Shown here piece by piece: positions 14,696-26,879 of a stretch of DNA of 64,000 nucleotides. The stretch covers positions 7,018,791 through 7,082,790 of the forward strand of contig CM082596.2 of assembly GCA_040954595.2 (NCBI GenBank). The letters are read 5' to 3'. The translations under genes and the position numbers were made by a program. Every line of letters begins with the position of its first letter. The stretch's first letter is position 1. This stretch comes from Balanoglossus misakiensis. Taxonomy: Eukaryota; Animalia; Hemichordata. The notes under the pieces are model-generated. The model saw nothing but the letters and a program-made list of their open reading frames with translations, did no database searches and had not been told where the DNA came from.

Positions 14696-15893
14696 TTAGA
14701 AATAACCAGTTCCCTTTTTCATATCAAGATATATCTTCTTTTGCTGGTTATAAATCATTTTGGCGTCTTCGTACAATTTCAAGTCCCATCGGTTTCTACG
14801 TCGGAGCTCCGTCAGTTCGAAGTCGGTGATATTGAGGTCGTGTTTATTCGCGTTGAGATGCGTCTCAATCTTGATCGTCGGTATCCCAAACACGTGACAC
14901 AGCATGTCCTGGGACGTTTTGAAATCCTCCGTCAAGCCGACAAACGCCATCTTGGTGAGGAGGTTGTCCCTGGCGACTAGGTAGTGTTCCAGTTCTATCT
15001 CCGGGATGGTCTTGGCGTCTTTGAGGGCCACCCCGCCGTACCCATCCTCATACGTGGCGTCTACGCTCGGAAAGTCGCCAAACTGCAGAAGCCTTACGTA
15101 AAAATTGTCCATGGCTGGATAGCGGATGTCCGCGGTGTTCAGCAGAAATTCCGTCAGGTTCTCCGATTTCAGGACGTATTCAACGCAGATCTTATGTTGA
15201 CTCGAGCAACGTCGTCGCTTCTGGTCGTAATAGTTAGATAGCAGCCTTGACAGCGGCTCGCGGAACCAGGTCACGTAGGCGAACGGTCGCCCGGGGTACG
15301 CGAAGCGGTGCAGGCCGAACGTTCTCTTCGAGTAGAAGTAAGTCTGTTCGCGAGTCTCGCCGAATGTCCTGCCGATGTCGTAAAAATTCTTGCAGTGGGT
15401 AACGGCGAATTTTCTGACCTTTTCCTCTGTCTTCAGTCCGGGTATCTTGCTCAAGACGCTCTCCACCGAAGTACCGCCCGCCTTCGGCAGGTGGACGAAA
15501 GCCAGGTTGGCGTTTCTGTACAAACCGTCGCCGGGTTCGGCGCCGCCGTTCCGCGCCAAAAAGAAGTTCGGCAATGGCTTCCGACCAATTTCCGCCTCGC
15601 TGTGACAGTTTCTCATGCGCTCCATGAGAACGGAGCAGTTTGCCGACTTTTCCGTTGAAATGAAGCGATCGAGATATTCACAGGAGTGATTGAAACGACC
15701 ACCGTCTCGCTGCGCCCCGAGTTCCCAGGGAACATACCGCGCCGTGGTGGCGGTTTCCGAAGAATCGCCCGTCTGCCCGCGGGGAATTAATTTTGACATC
15801 TCGAATGTCTGTGTACTCGTAGAAACCGACCGTGGCCACGAGTAGAGCGCAGGCGGCGAGCAGACAGGCCAAATGTCGTTGACAACACTTCAT
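14696..15893 (-). CDS. Golgi type II sulfotransferase, HS6ST/Sulfotransfer_2-like, copy A; frameshifted after the signal anchor (pseudogene or assembly error)
   Basis: ORF 14696-15799 has the 5'-PSB motif FVHLPKAGGTS, the 3'-PB motif FREPLSRLLS, MAFVGLTE and N.WDLKLY. The signal anchor MKCCQRHLACLLAACALLVATVGFYEYTDIR (from 15893, homologous to the start of copy B) is in a different frame. Total span is 1198 nt = 3n+1 and no intron signals are evident. Confidence 0.8.
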
Positions 15894-17965
15894 AATGTCC
15901 TTAGAAATGGCGGCTGAACCAGGGTCTACACCGTTTCACGGGTTTTCGTCAGCCGAAAGGTATCACGGAGAAATCTTACTTTAAGAATACTCGGCGTGTC
16001 ATCCCAAGTCGATCGGATCTCCCCCGCCAAATTGCGGATCTCGGTGCCGAGAGCTGCCGCGGATCCCGTTCAGAGCTCAAGACAGACAGACAGACAGACA
16101 GGTCTACGTGTACATAGTGAATCTCTTTTGCTGAGAATGACATGCATTGTCTTGATAGGGTCAACGGAATCAATGTCGAGCCAGTAAGAAAGTAGATCGT
16201 GAAACTGGGAATTCATTACATCACGGTTACTACATGTATACTACCGAGGCGCGAGTACTGTGAGCTTGTGAGAAGTGCGCCTCGAGCGGTAGGATATGAG
16301 TGACGGGTTATGCAACGTTTTCATATTGTATTTTCCACATGCTGTAGCTGTGGCAACACACAATCAATGTTTGCCCGTCCACGTGGTGTGAACATTAGAA
16401 CCGATGATTCAGCATTTTTCCACAAAACACTGAGAAAAACAGAAAATATTGAAAAACTTGAATAATGCCTCATTGTTTGGTTCAAAAACATATTAAATGA
16501 GCTCTGATGAGTAAAGAGGTCATCTTCTACTGATTTATTTAAACATATACAACATAAATTATTCCGCACTAGTGTTTGTGTTGACTTACATTTATTTTAT
16601 AAAAACGTGTAAAAAGTTGCATTTTGTTTCTGTATTAGATCACCATTGACTGTCATTTGCAACTGAAAATAAGTAGTTTGAAAACCATATACAAACAAGT
16701 GCCATTTCTAGGCGGTTTCTGAGGGGTCGGCCAACAGACTATTGGGAGGGAAGGGAAAGTGAACTGGCCCACTAGACAGTTGCCTAAAACAAGGCACTAT
16801 AGCCCAGTGGCATAGGTCACACACAAAAAAAAACATCCAAGGAGGACAACAGCTTCTACCTGCACTGAGCCTCGAACGAGTGTAATACACTAACAGCGTT
16901 CATGGGTCGCATTGACAACCATGTCAACCAACGCCTACGCACCCGCATCGTCTGATCGCACGGGTCGTTGGCTCGACCACAGCTAGTCTCCCTATAAACC
17001 CTCTATTTTTCAGACAACAAACCGACCTTGACGGGCTAAGATGCCCATATACTTTTAACATAATGCTTGCATTGTGCACAAATAAAGGTCGTGCAAGGAA
17101 CGCCCAATGCACTGAACTACATCATGTAACCTTCGGCACCATTCTTTTCTTTGTTCAACTCTCTCACACCATGATCACGGAACACCCCCCTTTCTATACG
17201 TGGCACTGAGCATTCTTGTTCCGGGATATGACAAGTCAAAACTGCACTAGCCCGGCGGTCACACAATACATATACACGCCAGTTTTACACACGAAAAATA
17301 GCGAAGCAGAACAATTCTGTAGGAAGCATAGACGAACAGAACTATATTCGAGCATCGGAACGTACCGGTACGAACACACAAAAACACTTAGGAGCCTTCC
17401 GTGGTGTCTACCCGGCTTACGCCCATTTAAATTCACACGATACACTGCCCTTGGCTTCAACTCACACAGATATTCCGTATACATTGAGTATCTAATTCAG
17501 TGCATAGTAATATTGCAGTTTATTATCATAAGTAGTTTGGGAACGCTTATAAATCGTCAATGTACCGAATTCTTTTTTTCCTTGCTACATAACCAAAAGC
17601 CACAAAGTGGATTTGCCATGTTAAAGTGAATGGCGCAGATATTTTCCTTGGCGTGGACATTTCAGGGGGAAGCTTATCGTTCTACACATGTACCTGCTTC
17701 CATGCCCCAGACGCCATCGGGGAACACACAACAAATCGGACTACATGTATATTGATTTTAAATCCGGTTAACTCAGTACTCAATTATTAAAAAATAAATA
17801 TTATATGAAAGTACGTGTTAAAATATGTGCTAAGTCAATGTTTTGACGGAAGTCATAGTTTTCCCCAATCCCTACACAGTAGATTTGACCAGAGTCAGAA
17901 GTTTTTCACTCCCTGTACACAAGGACAGTGAACGCGCTTATAACAGTTAAGAGAGAAAGACTGGT

Positions 17966-19192
17966 CTACCCAGTTCCCTTTTTCATATCAAGATATATCT
18001 TCTTTTGCTGGTTATAAATCATTTTGGCGTCTTCGTACAATTTCAAATCCCACTGGTTTCTGCGTCCGAGCTCCGTGAGTTCGAAGTCGGTGATAGTCAC
18101 GTCGTGTTCATTCGCGTTGAGATGTGTCTCGTTTTTTGCCGGCCGTACCCCAAACACTTGACACAGCATGTCCTGGGACGTTTTGAAATCCTCCGTCAAG
18201 CCGACAAACGCCATCTTGGTGAAGAGATTGTTCCTGGCAGCCAGGTAGTGTTTCTCTTCAATCTTCGGGATGGTCTTGGCGTCTTCAAGCGCCACCCCGC
18301 CGAATCCATCTTCGAACGTGTCGTCTACGCTCGGAAAGTCGCCAAACTGCAGCAGCCGCACGTTGAAATTGTCCATGTCTTGATAGCGAACGTCCGTGGT
18401 CCTGAGCAAGTAATCCGTCAGATTTCTTGACGTCAGGAGGTACTGTTTACAGATTACGTGCCCGTGTGCGCAACGTGTTCTTTTCAAATAGTAATAGGTG
18501 GAGAGGAGTCTTGAGATGGGTTCGCGGAACCACGTCACGTAGGCAAACGGTCGCCGAGGGTAGGCGTAGTGATGCAGGCCAAACGTTCTTTTTGAATACA
18601 AATACGTCTGTTCACGAGTCTTACTGAGTGCTATGGCGGAGCTGAACATGCTCTTGCAGTGGGAAATGGGTGATTTTCGGATTATATTAATCCCCGTTTT
18701 CAGTCCGGGTATCTTCTTCAAAACGCTCTCCACCGAAGTGCCGCCCGCCTTCGGCAGGTGGACGAAAGCCAGGTTGGCGTTCTTGTAGTCGCCGTGGAGG
18801 AGGGCGCGGCGGCTGCGGTTCTGCGCCAAGAAGAAGTTGGGCAACGGGTCCCGGCCGATCGCTGTCCCGTTGTGGCAGCGCCTCATGTGCTCTATGACGA
18901 GAGCGCAGCTTGGCGACCTTGTCTTTGAAGCCAGGCTCTCGATATAACCACACGAGTGGTTGGAACGACCGCGTGCACCGTCGTCACGACCGTCTCCCAG
19001 TTTCCACGGAACAAAGCCCGGGTCAAACCGTGCGGCGGCCGCCGTCGTCGTGTTCTCCAAAGGCACGACCTCTAGCTCTGCCACGTGGACGTGACGCTCA
19101 CCGCGAATGTTGCTGTAGTCGTAGAACACCACCGCCATGGATAGGACACAGAAGACGAACAGACAGACCAAAGTATGTCGAAGGAGCTTCAT
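17966..19192 (-). CDS. Golgi type II sulfotransferase, HS6ST/Sulfotransfer_2-like, copy B, intact 408 aa single-exon CDS
   Basis: N-terminal hydrophobic anchor, then FVHLPKAGGTS, FREPISRLLS, DNFNVRLL, ARNNLFTKMAFVGLTE and NQWDLKLYEDAK. The motif order matches heparan-sulfate 6-O-sulfotransferase-like enzymes. Very similar to copy A in the C-terminal half. Confidence 0.9.
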   Translation of the reverse strand: MKLLRHTLVCLFVFCVLSMAVVFYDYSNIRGERHVHVAELEVVPLENTTTAAAARFDPGFVPWKLGDGRDDGARGRSNHSCGYIESLASKTRSPSCALVIEHMRRCHNGTAIGRDPLPNFFLAQNRSRRALLHGDYKNANLAFVHLPKAGGTSVESVLKKIPGLKTGINIIRKSPISHCKSMFSSAIALSKTREQTYLYSKRTFGLHHYAYPRRPFAYVTWFREPISRLLSTYYYLKRTRCAHGHVICKQYLLTSRNLTDYLLRTTDVRYQDMDNFNVRLLQFGDFPSVDDTFEDGFGGVALEDAKTIPKIEEKHYLAARNNLFTKMAFVGLTEDFKTSQDMLCQVFGVRPAKNETHLNANEHDVTITDFELTELGRRNQWDLKLYEDAKMIYNQQKKIYLDMKKGTG

Positions 19193-19375
19193 ACTGACCA
19201 GTCAATAGTGAACTAGAGTCGTCGATTTAAGTCTATGTTCCTTCCCGAGTTTGCATCACCTGAAATAGTAAACGTACTCGTTTCATAAAGACGTCTCTCA
19301 GATATACCGCTATTAATACCAGATGGCATACCAAATACGTTAGTTATTAATGATCTTGTCAATAATTCTCCATTT

Positions 19376-19540
19376 GTGGAGTTAACACAGAGATTGGCGG
19401 CCATTTGGAATTTCAAATTGGTGGCCATTTGGTCCTCCGTCGTACGGTCGCCCCACTTTTCGATTTCAAGAGAGAATAATGTAAAGTTGCCTTGGAGAAA
19501 AACGCGATAGAAAGTTGAAGACAATGGTTTTCGCGGCGCT
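19376..19540. mobile_element. Degenerate copy 3 of the 6268/9817 dispersed repeat
   Basis: 'agttaacacaga...tggcggccattt.gaatttcaaatt ... aaagttgccttg ... ttttcgcggcgc'. Confidence 0.5.
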
Positions 19541-22275
19541 TGATACCAGCCAAAGGATCAATGCGATTGAATTGAAAAATGTGAACATGTGAGACTTCAC
19601 TTGTGCGTCGAGACCACTTAAATTCAATGCAACAAGAAAACTCGAGGCCAGATGTTTAGTAAGTACATGTACACAACTCACAAAGCCGGCGACCTTCCAC
19701 GCAGTTTTATAGGGCGTTCACATTACTAAAAAAAAGGGCTAGCACAAAAGAAAATAGGACGGTGGCCATTCGCATGATCCGACACCGGTTCGTGGTAACT
19801 TTTCATTGGCGGTTGTGCTTGAAACCAAAGGTCAAGTATTTCCTTTATGGAACCAACGTAAGAAGAGAAACCTGTTTGATTTCCCGTCCATGTATTGTAT
19901 TGCAGCGATCGAGTAAACAAGCTATGTACGCCCAGTGTTCTGGTCGGGTTATTTCCCCGCTTTTCGAAGTCTAACTCGTCTCTACTTGAGAAAACTCTAA
20001 CATTTGACGTGACAACGAAATGCAGCTCGTTGGAACAAGATGTGTTCCTCGGACGTTTGATTTTCTTATGTACATTGTATCTGAACTGCTGTCCGTTCAA
20101 GGCCTTTGGCATTGTCCATACACTTGAGTGGCCGCGCCTCGGACCAGCCGACAAGTCGCTTGGCGTTTTGTGGGGTTTTTGCCTTCACAAACATTATCTT
20201 ATTAAGTTTTTCGACATCTACCAATATGACTCTTTACATAATTAAGCCTATAGACCTTGGGCAAGCCTATAGCATTCTCCCAAAACTGTAGTCGCTTTTT
20301 CTTAGGGTTGCATTGACAATCAAGGTTATACGTGACCGTTCTACTCGGTGTCTGTATCTGCGATCTTCCGGGGTGCAGTCTCGATCGCGATCCGCAGCGA
20401 AAACGTGTTCCTGGCAACGAAATGGTGCCTAAAACTTGGTGGTCAGGGCGTTATCATTGACCTAAAGTTGCTCAACAGATAAAAAAAGTACGTACCGCCA
20501 AATCACGGACCCGAGCGCAAATCTGATTTAGCGCCGTGCGCGTATATATACGTATACGCGCATGCCACTGTTTTATATACTGTGCTGGGTTCAGTGCAGC
20601 CGCTGGCTTTGTCTCTAAGGCGTTTTAGAGGCTGTTATTTTTATCAAATCCACACGATACATTTCTGCCCCCAAAATTTGGGTATGGCCACCCGACCACA
20701 TCTTCTGAAAATACTCCCGACACCTTGTGTCCTGCGCGTCTGCTTATAAGGTGAGCGGCGTAGCAGCCTTCGCATACGCTTAGGCGGCAGTGCTAAATTT
20801 GGTATGCAGCCCTAGAGACAATGACAACAAATCTTGATCGACACTACTTCACATAAAAGAACACATTTTTTCGTGTCATATAACACACCCATCTAGCACG
20901 CGTACACAACAAATTCATCAGACGGGTTGCCTAAGACTAGGAAGGAAATCATACGTTCATATATACCTTATGTACATCCGTTTCCATGCAAAATCCGCAA
21001 CGGCGTCTCGTCTCCGTGAAAGAAGAATGAACACGCAAGTCGATGACGTCATCAACAAAATCAGTGACGTTGACAATTGTATAGCTGGCCATGTGAAGTC
21101 GGTAGCACTATTGAATAAGGCCAATAAGGAATTCATCTGATCATCGAGCGCTACATTGAAAAAATATCACGAGCGATCGAAATTTTTCGTAAAATATTTG
21201 CATACGTATACCTGTGCCAAAATTGGACGACATTATACATAAGTACGAAAGCTGATACTGTATTGATATCGATATGCCATGAGGTTTTTCAGCTGAGGAC
21301 AAATCGATAGAATACCATTTTAATTACTTCTTATCTGTGTGCATTTACAAAAATATATTCAAATATCTGTTTGGATCGCTAATTTCTACGGATAATGACT
21401 TGGAGCTCACAAAGGTATTATAATTATACCTCTCGTGTTCCAAGTCTATGTGTACATGACAACAATGGATCAGCAGGGCATTCGTTGGTTGCATATGTAG
21501 CCCACTAATCTTAACGGCCCCGTATTCGTCGACACGGGCATTCTATAGATGTAAACTATAATTATTAACCCCATTTTTCCGCGCATGTAAATGGTAATTC
21601 AGTGGTGACCCCAAAGGGAAGAAAAGATGTCCTTTGTGCCACGGGTTTTAAAAATGCGAGGAGAAAAGAGTGCAGGGCCTGAGGCTGGATGCGAATGACC
21701 GCACATACACCGTACATGCGGTTTAACGTTGACTGTCACGTATCCTGTTCAGTGACCCAATTCTAAGCTGATTTTGTATTCAACCACATGCATTCAACAC
21801 AAAGACTTAATTTTTTTAAAGTATTCCATAGATCGAATATGCATACTAGTACGGGTATTGTGATATGCTTGTTACCGGTGAAGAAAGCTTTCTGATTGGT
21901 TGGGCGGCCAAGGTTCAGTAATTAGAACACGTAGAAGCGATCACACGTAAATGAAACGCAATTCACAGTTTGGCTTTGGAATACAGTCGCAATGGACGGG
22001 AAGTTCGTTAAAACAATTTTTATTTCTGAATTAATACATCTACGGAAATTTATGTCGCAGCTAGAGAGATTGTAGGTGTTCGACATAATGGCGTGTTTTG
22101 TGATCAATTTGCATTTCACCTTATGACCACATATACTGTTGAGTGGTGCGCACAGGGAGAGACCTGGAAAAGAGGATGTGGGTTGGTGGCGCTCTACCGG
22201 CCACGATGCGGTACTTGCATCTTGGAAATTTTCGCGTTCAGCTCAAATTGGCATCTTGTCATTTACCACGACGTT

Positions 22276-22911
22276 ATGGATGGGCTCGCCTCGGAAACCG
22301 ACGCCACCGAGCGGGACCTGGACAAGAGATTCCGGGAGGAGTTTGTCAAGCTGGCCGTGGACTTGGAGGAGAAATGCCGCCAGAAGGCCGCCGCGCACGC
22401 CGATCTCGCCTCCTGGTGGGACCGACTCGGCAACTGGATGGAGCTGGTCGCCGTGGCCATGGGGGTGGTGGGGACCGTTCTGGCGGGCAGCCTGTGGGCC
22501 GAGACGGTGTCCACCACGCCCTGGCTGCGGTCCATCGCCATAGCGACCACCCTGCTGGCCAACGTGCTCCTGTCCATGGTGGCGGTGTTCCACAGCAGCC
22601 CGCACTGCCCGCGCAACCGGAGCCAGTCGCACGCCCGCTCGGCCAACAGGCTGCGGGAGCTGGAGAAGAAGACCGAGACGTGGCGCAGGATCACGCTCGT
22701 CGATCCGGCGGTCAGCGCCGACGTGCTCTTCCTTCAGTACGAAGTCATCCTGCGGGAAAGGTTTTGCGCCGAGGACGAGCTAATCACGCGCTGGGGTCCC
22801 AGTCAGCCCGGTGTGAAGAAAGGAAAGTCGTCCCAGAGGAGCGTGAAGCGATACTGGGGACCAGATAGCGGACCGAACTCCAACTCGCTGGATTTTGTAA
22901 GTTCTGTGTAG
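22276..22911 (+). CDS. SLATT-like (SMODS/SLOG-associated 2TM effector) membrane protein, about 211 aa
   Basis: GC-rich ORF with ATG at 22276, just downstream of a plausible acceptor (ttttcgcgttcag, 22241). Architecture: helix (..KAAAHADLASWWDRL..), two TM segments (about 22435-22500 and 22522-22590), then RSQSHARSANRLRELEKK, which resembles the SLATT 'H..A...Y..L' helix. The family call is from memory of the pattern. A GTAAGT at 22897 could mean the C-terminus is spliced. Confidence 0.65.
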   Translation: MDGLASETDATERDLDKRFREEFVKLAVDLEEKCRQKAAAHADLASWWDRLGNWMELVAVAMGVVGTVLAGSLWAETVSTTPWLRSIAIATTLLANVLLSMVAVFHSSPHCPRNRSQSHARSANRLRELEKKTETWRRITLVDPAVSADVLFLQYEVILRERFCAEDELITRWGPSQPGVKKGKSSQRSVKRYWGPDSGPNSNSLDFVSSV

Positions 22912-25544
22912 TGATTGCATCTGAAGCAAACTCACCCCGCCAAAAATGAACCAGAATATTAAACGATGCGCGGGAAAGTATTTTAACACGTTCTTATTTG
23001 GTGGACATGGAAAGTAACTTAGATATGCGTATAAAATTATTTTTACCAGCTTATCAAAGCCCCTGTGCAATAACTATACTTACGTTACGCAATTTCAATG
23101 TATAAGCGAATTTCAACCGAACAACTCCATAACTTCACGAACAAGTATGGCCGCTTAACACAATTAGACTGGGCAACATGGTTATTGAAATTCGTCTGCA
23201 GTTTTCTGTAAGTTGTCTTTTACATCATGGCCGTCGCCAATAGTTTACAACAAAACTATCATTGAACGCGTAATAATTCAGAGAAAAATTCCGAAAAAGA
23301 ACGAAAGTGATTTTTTATTTCAACGATTATTGTGATTTTTTCTCCCAAGTCGAACCAAGAGACGCAAAGAGAACGTTTTGGACAGATAATGCGTTTAGTT
23401 TTCAGTATGCTTTAATTCTCTGTAATTTTAAGATTTATAACAATTTATATTCTGAGGATGGTGCTACTTTGACTTTGCAAACATTAATTTAACGGATATC
23501 GATATTGACCCCACCGCCGCGAATGCCGGACATGCGCAAATAACGACGGAGTAGTAAATATTGATGAAGACGCCGAAACAACCCATAATGATGGTGCACA
23601 GTCTGGAAACAGAACGAAGAAAGCCACCGTGACGTCACAGGTCACGAAAGGGCACCTTATCGGTTGTGACTGACCCACCGCGAGCCAATAACGTCGACTG
23701 GTAAGCTTTCAGGTACGAAGGAGCCTGCGTATCGATTTGCAGAGATGTGATAATAGACTGTCTATTAGCCAGATACACTATCAATCCTTTCTTTATGTGT
23801 GTTCTCAAGGCTTGGCCAGGTGTCGCGATACAGAAACGGGAAAAATCTTTTTCACCACCCATTATTATCATTGAAATGAAAACTGCTTGTGTGTGCTATT
23901 TTTAAAAGCAATCTAGTCTTTTTTAATATTTTGAAATAATTAAAACTGCATATTGCTTGTTATTATTAGTCTCGAGCCTGTCAAGCGCATTATTGTGACG
24001 CTATTTTTGAACGAAAATCTCTATTTAAAAAATCATGTTATTTTGTCATTTCTATCTCTTGTCATGCATGACAAAACCTTAGATGCGAAACGTTTGTGGC
24101 GCCGTGTGCGTGTGGCATCAACTTTTATTCCCAGACAAAAACGTCTGCTGAAGGTGACGAGATATTTTCAACACCTGATGTCTGGGTCATTCTGCGTTGT
24201 CCAGGCGGTACATTTACTCGCACATGCTGTCTAAGTACACGAAATGTAAATTGAAAGCAGAAAGCTATTATGTATGCCCTTCCGTCCCATTGTTTATTCA
24301 CAATGTAATAAAATGTAATGTAATGTCTTTTTGAAGTAATGTCTATTTTGAACAGCCACCGATATCTAGTGATGCATTCCAAACGCATCCATCACTCGGC
24401 CTTTTCCATATGCTAAATACTTTTGGCCTATGCTTCTGGAAATGTCTGCGCGCGAACGTCAAGTTACACGTGCTGTTGTGTCTGTGTATATCCATGTGAA
24501 AGGGGAATTTCTCTTTTGTTAATGCTAAGAAGCCGTTATAGGAGACCTATAGTTAATTGCAGATTGTCGAAAATGAAGACCAACGATACAAATCAATGCA
24601 ATACAATACGCACAAGTATCGTTGCTTCTCTGTCTAGGCAATGCCTATGTAAGGTTTCCTGTCTAAGTTTTCCAATCCATTATACGCACTTAAAAGTATA
24701 CTGTCCGTGAAATGATCATCAAGATTTTACAGATTGTAAGAAAACAGTATTAAATTGGGTTTTTATCGGACTCGTAGTTTTCGTTTTCAGGTGAGTTGTC
24801 GAAAGAAGCTGAATCGATCTGTGTGTAGTCGAGGATAATTAAAACAGAAATTAATCAATATATTTCACCCCTCGTGCCACGAAACGCAAAGATAACATGC
24901 AAGAAATAGGCGGGGGAAAGACACCGGCGAATTAACTTTTTTGCTGACCGTCCTGTGTATGATTGACCTGCCTGGTGACACATCTACTTGACCTTAGGAG
25001 CCCCTCCCCGGTTCTTGTCAAAATTTGACAAGGTCTGTTCTCTGATTATCGAAATGATAAATCTGGCAAAGCCTTTCAGTCAGTCGCCGGTGGCAAAGTA
25101 CCACGTGCATTTGGCATGTTGGCGAGTGTACACAACGTCTGTGTAACGACATCGGCATCCGATATTTAACCATAAGCTTCAGATATGCCACTTCAATAAT
25201 GCGAGTTGGACGGAGCTGTCGACGACGCGAGTGCAACTCTGCTGGATTATTCCACGCGTTGCTAACGTTCCAGACAGCTGGAAAATAACCTGCTCTTGTT
25301 CTAGCGTGGATGAACAAAGTTGAGTTGCTGGCGGGCTCGGTATTGGGGATATTTTAGAGACGGATGAAGCAGCGTCCTTTTGCCGGAAGACCGTTATTTT
25401 GAGAGTGACGTCGTGGTGGTGAAATTTGCCAGAAAATACAGCGCCTGTGTGTGGTGGTGGTGACTGCGGTATCAAGTGAACGACGCTGGAACAGCACACG
25501 CCAATATCAAAGATTTTCAACGGTAGGCTTACAGTACAAACACC

Positions 25545-26300
25545 ATGGGTACAAAATCGTCCAAATCTGTCAAACTGGGGTCAACGTCCGTCAAGATATT
25601 CAAAGACAGAGACTCGGGATATGTTACATTGGACCTCAAAGACAAGGAATTAGACCAGTTGCCGCCCCGGGTGTGCCGCCAAAAGAAGCTGCAAGTTTTG
25701 GACTTGAGTCACAACCAACTGCAGACGTTACCAGTGGAGATTATCCGATTGGAGAAACTCAGAGCGTTGTTACTTTACTCCAACCAGTTTCAAGTGGTGC
25801 CGAGGTGTGCCTTTGAGCTGCGCAGGCTCGTCGAGCTGGTGCTCGCCAAGAACAAGATATCGGCGGTCCCGACCGAAATCCGACACCTGTCCAATCTGAC
25901 AGTTTTGTCTCTCAGTGGGAACTGCCTCGAGGATTTCCCCGTGGTGCTGTGCTGTGTCGAGCTCAGCGGTTTAGTAAAACTGGATTTGGGACACAACAAA
26001 ATCAGATACGTGCCGAACAACATCAGCAAACTTGTCTACTTGGAGACGTTTATAATCTCAGACAACGAGGTCGAACTTGTGTCCGATTCGATATGCAAAC
26101 TGGCCAGGATGACGGTGCTGCACCTGCACAACAACAGGCTGACGTCACTTCCGAGCAAGATGGCGACGCGGATGGCGAAATTGGAGGAGATTAGTTTCCA
26201 CGGCAATGACTTGCCTGGTGAAATCAGTAAAGTTGTGTCACGAGGGGTCGAGGGGCTAAGAGAATATGAATTGCAGCCAAGAAAAGAAGCCAAGAAATAG
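25545..26300 (+). CDS. Stand-alone leucine-rich-repeat protein (about 9 x 23-aa LRRs, 251 aa) with N-myristoylation motif
   Basis: Kozak context caccATGg with an in-frame stop upstream at 25524. Starts MGTKSSK (G2, S6, K7). LxxLxLxxNxLxxLP repeats, then a C-terminal cap (GNDLPGEISKVVSRGVEGLREY). Confidence 0.9.
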   Translation: MGTKSSKSVKLGSTSVKIFKDRDSGYVTLDLKDKELDQLPPRVCRQKKLQVLDLSHNQLQTLPVEIIRLEKLRALLLYSNQFQVVPRCAFELRRLVELVLAKNKISAVPTEIRHLSNLTVLSLSGNCLEDFPVVLCCVELSGLVKLDLGHNKIRYVPNNISKLVYLETFIISDNEVELVSDSICKLARMTVLHLHNNRLTSLPSKMATRMAKLEEISFHGNDLPGEISKVVSRGVEGLREYELQPRKEAKK

Positions 26301-26879
26301 TCGAAGCAAGATGCAACGGTCATGATTAAGCTGAAAATGCCAGACACATCTGGCAATAACGGGGCTGTACATAGCTGTCACTTTTGATGGCTCTAACTTG
26401 TTTTGGTGGTTTGGTTTGTGTGATATCTGCACCTTAGCCCGAAGTGTTTATTCTAGATTGCATGATCAGCCGTTTTAGAAACGTCTCAGATGAAATACAG
26501 GCGTAAATTATTTTATGTGTGAACGGTTTAAGTGGTCCTAAAATGTCTCAGATTTGAGACGGCTTTGCTGGCCAGACCTGAGCTGGTGTAATGATTAACA
26601 CCTCTCCGCAATGAGCCTCAGCGCCTACTCATAAAGTTTGTGTGTGTGGACACAACGCGACTCAAAGGATTAATGCTCTGTGTTTACCATAGGCAAATAG
26701 TGCCTCAAGTTTTACCCTGTGTGAACCCCAAGCGCGAAAGTATGATGAACCTATACTGTACTATGGTTATCTTAAGCTGGCTTGACTTATACACACATGT
26801 ACATGTACATAAAGACCATGTTGACGTCAGAAACAAAGTGGTCATTCGCAAACGTTTTCTGCACGTAAAAATAAAAAAT

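Noticed and set aside
19726-20230. 142-aa minus-strand ORF and a short NADAR-like phrase (KAKTPQNAKRL) in another frame
   Set aside because: Non-ATG start, no continuing family motifs, stops nearby and no clear splice structure.
20303-20814. Possible hAT-like element (tagggttgcat ... atgcagcccta)
   Set aside because: Only an 11-bp imperfect inverted match and no target-site duplication.
22139-22868. Several long overlapping ORFs (241, 143, 134, 129 aa)
   Set aside because: Shadow frames of the GC-rich SLATT-like CDS, with no recognisable domains.
22276-22911. High GC as proof of horizontal transfer
   Set aside because: Gasdermin exon 1, the sulfotransferases and some CPS exons are similarly GC-rich, so composition is uninformative here.
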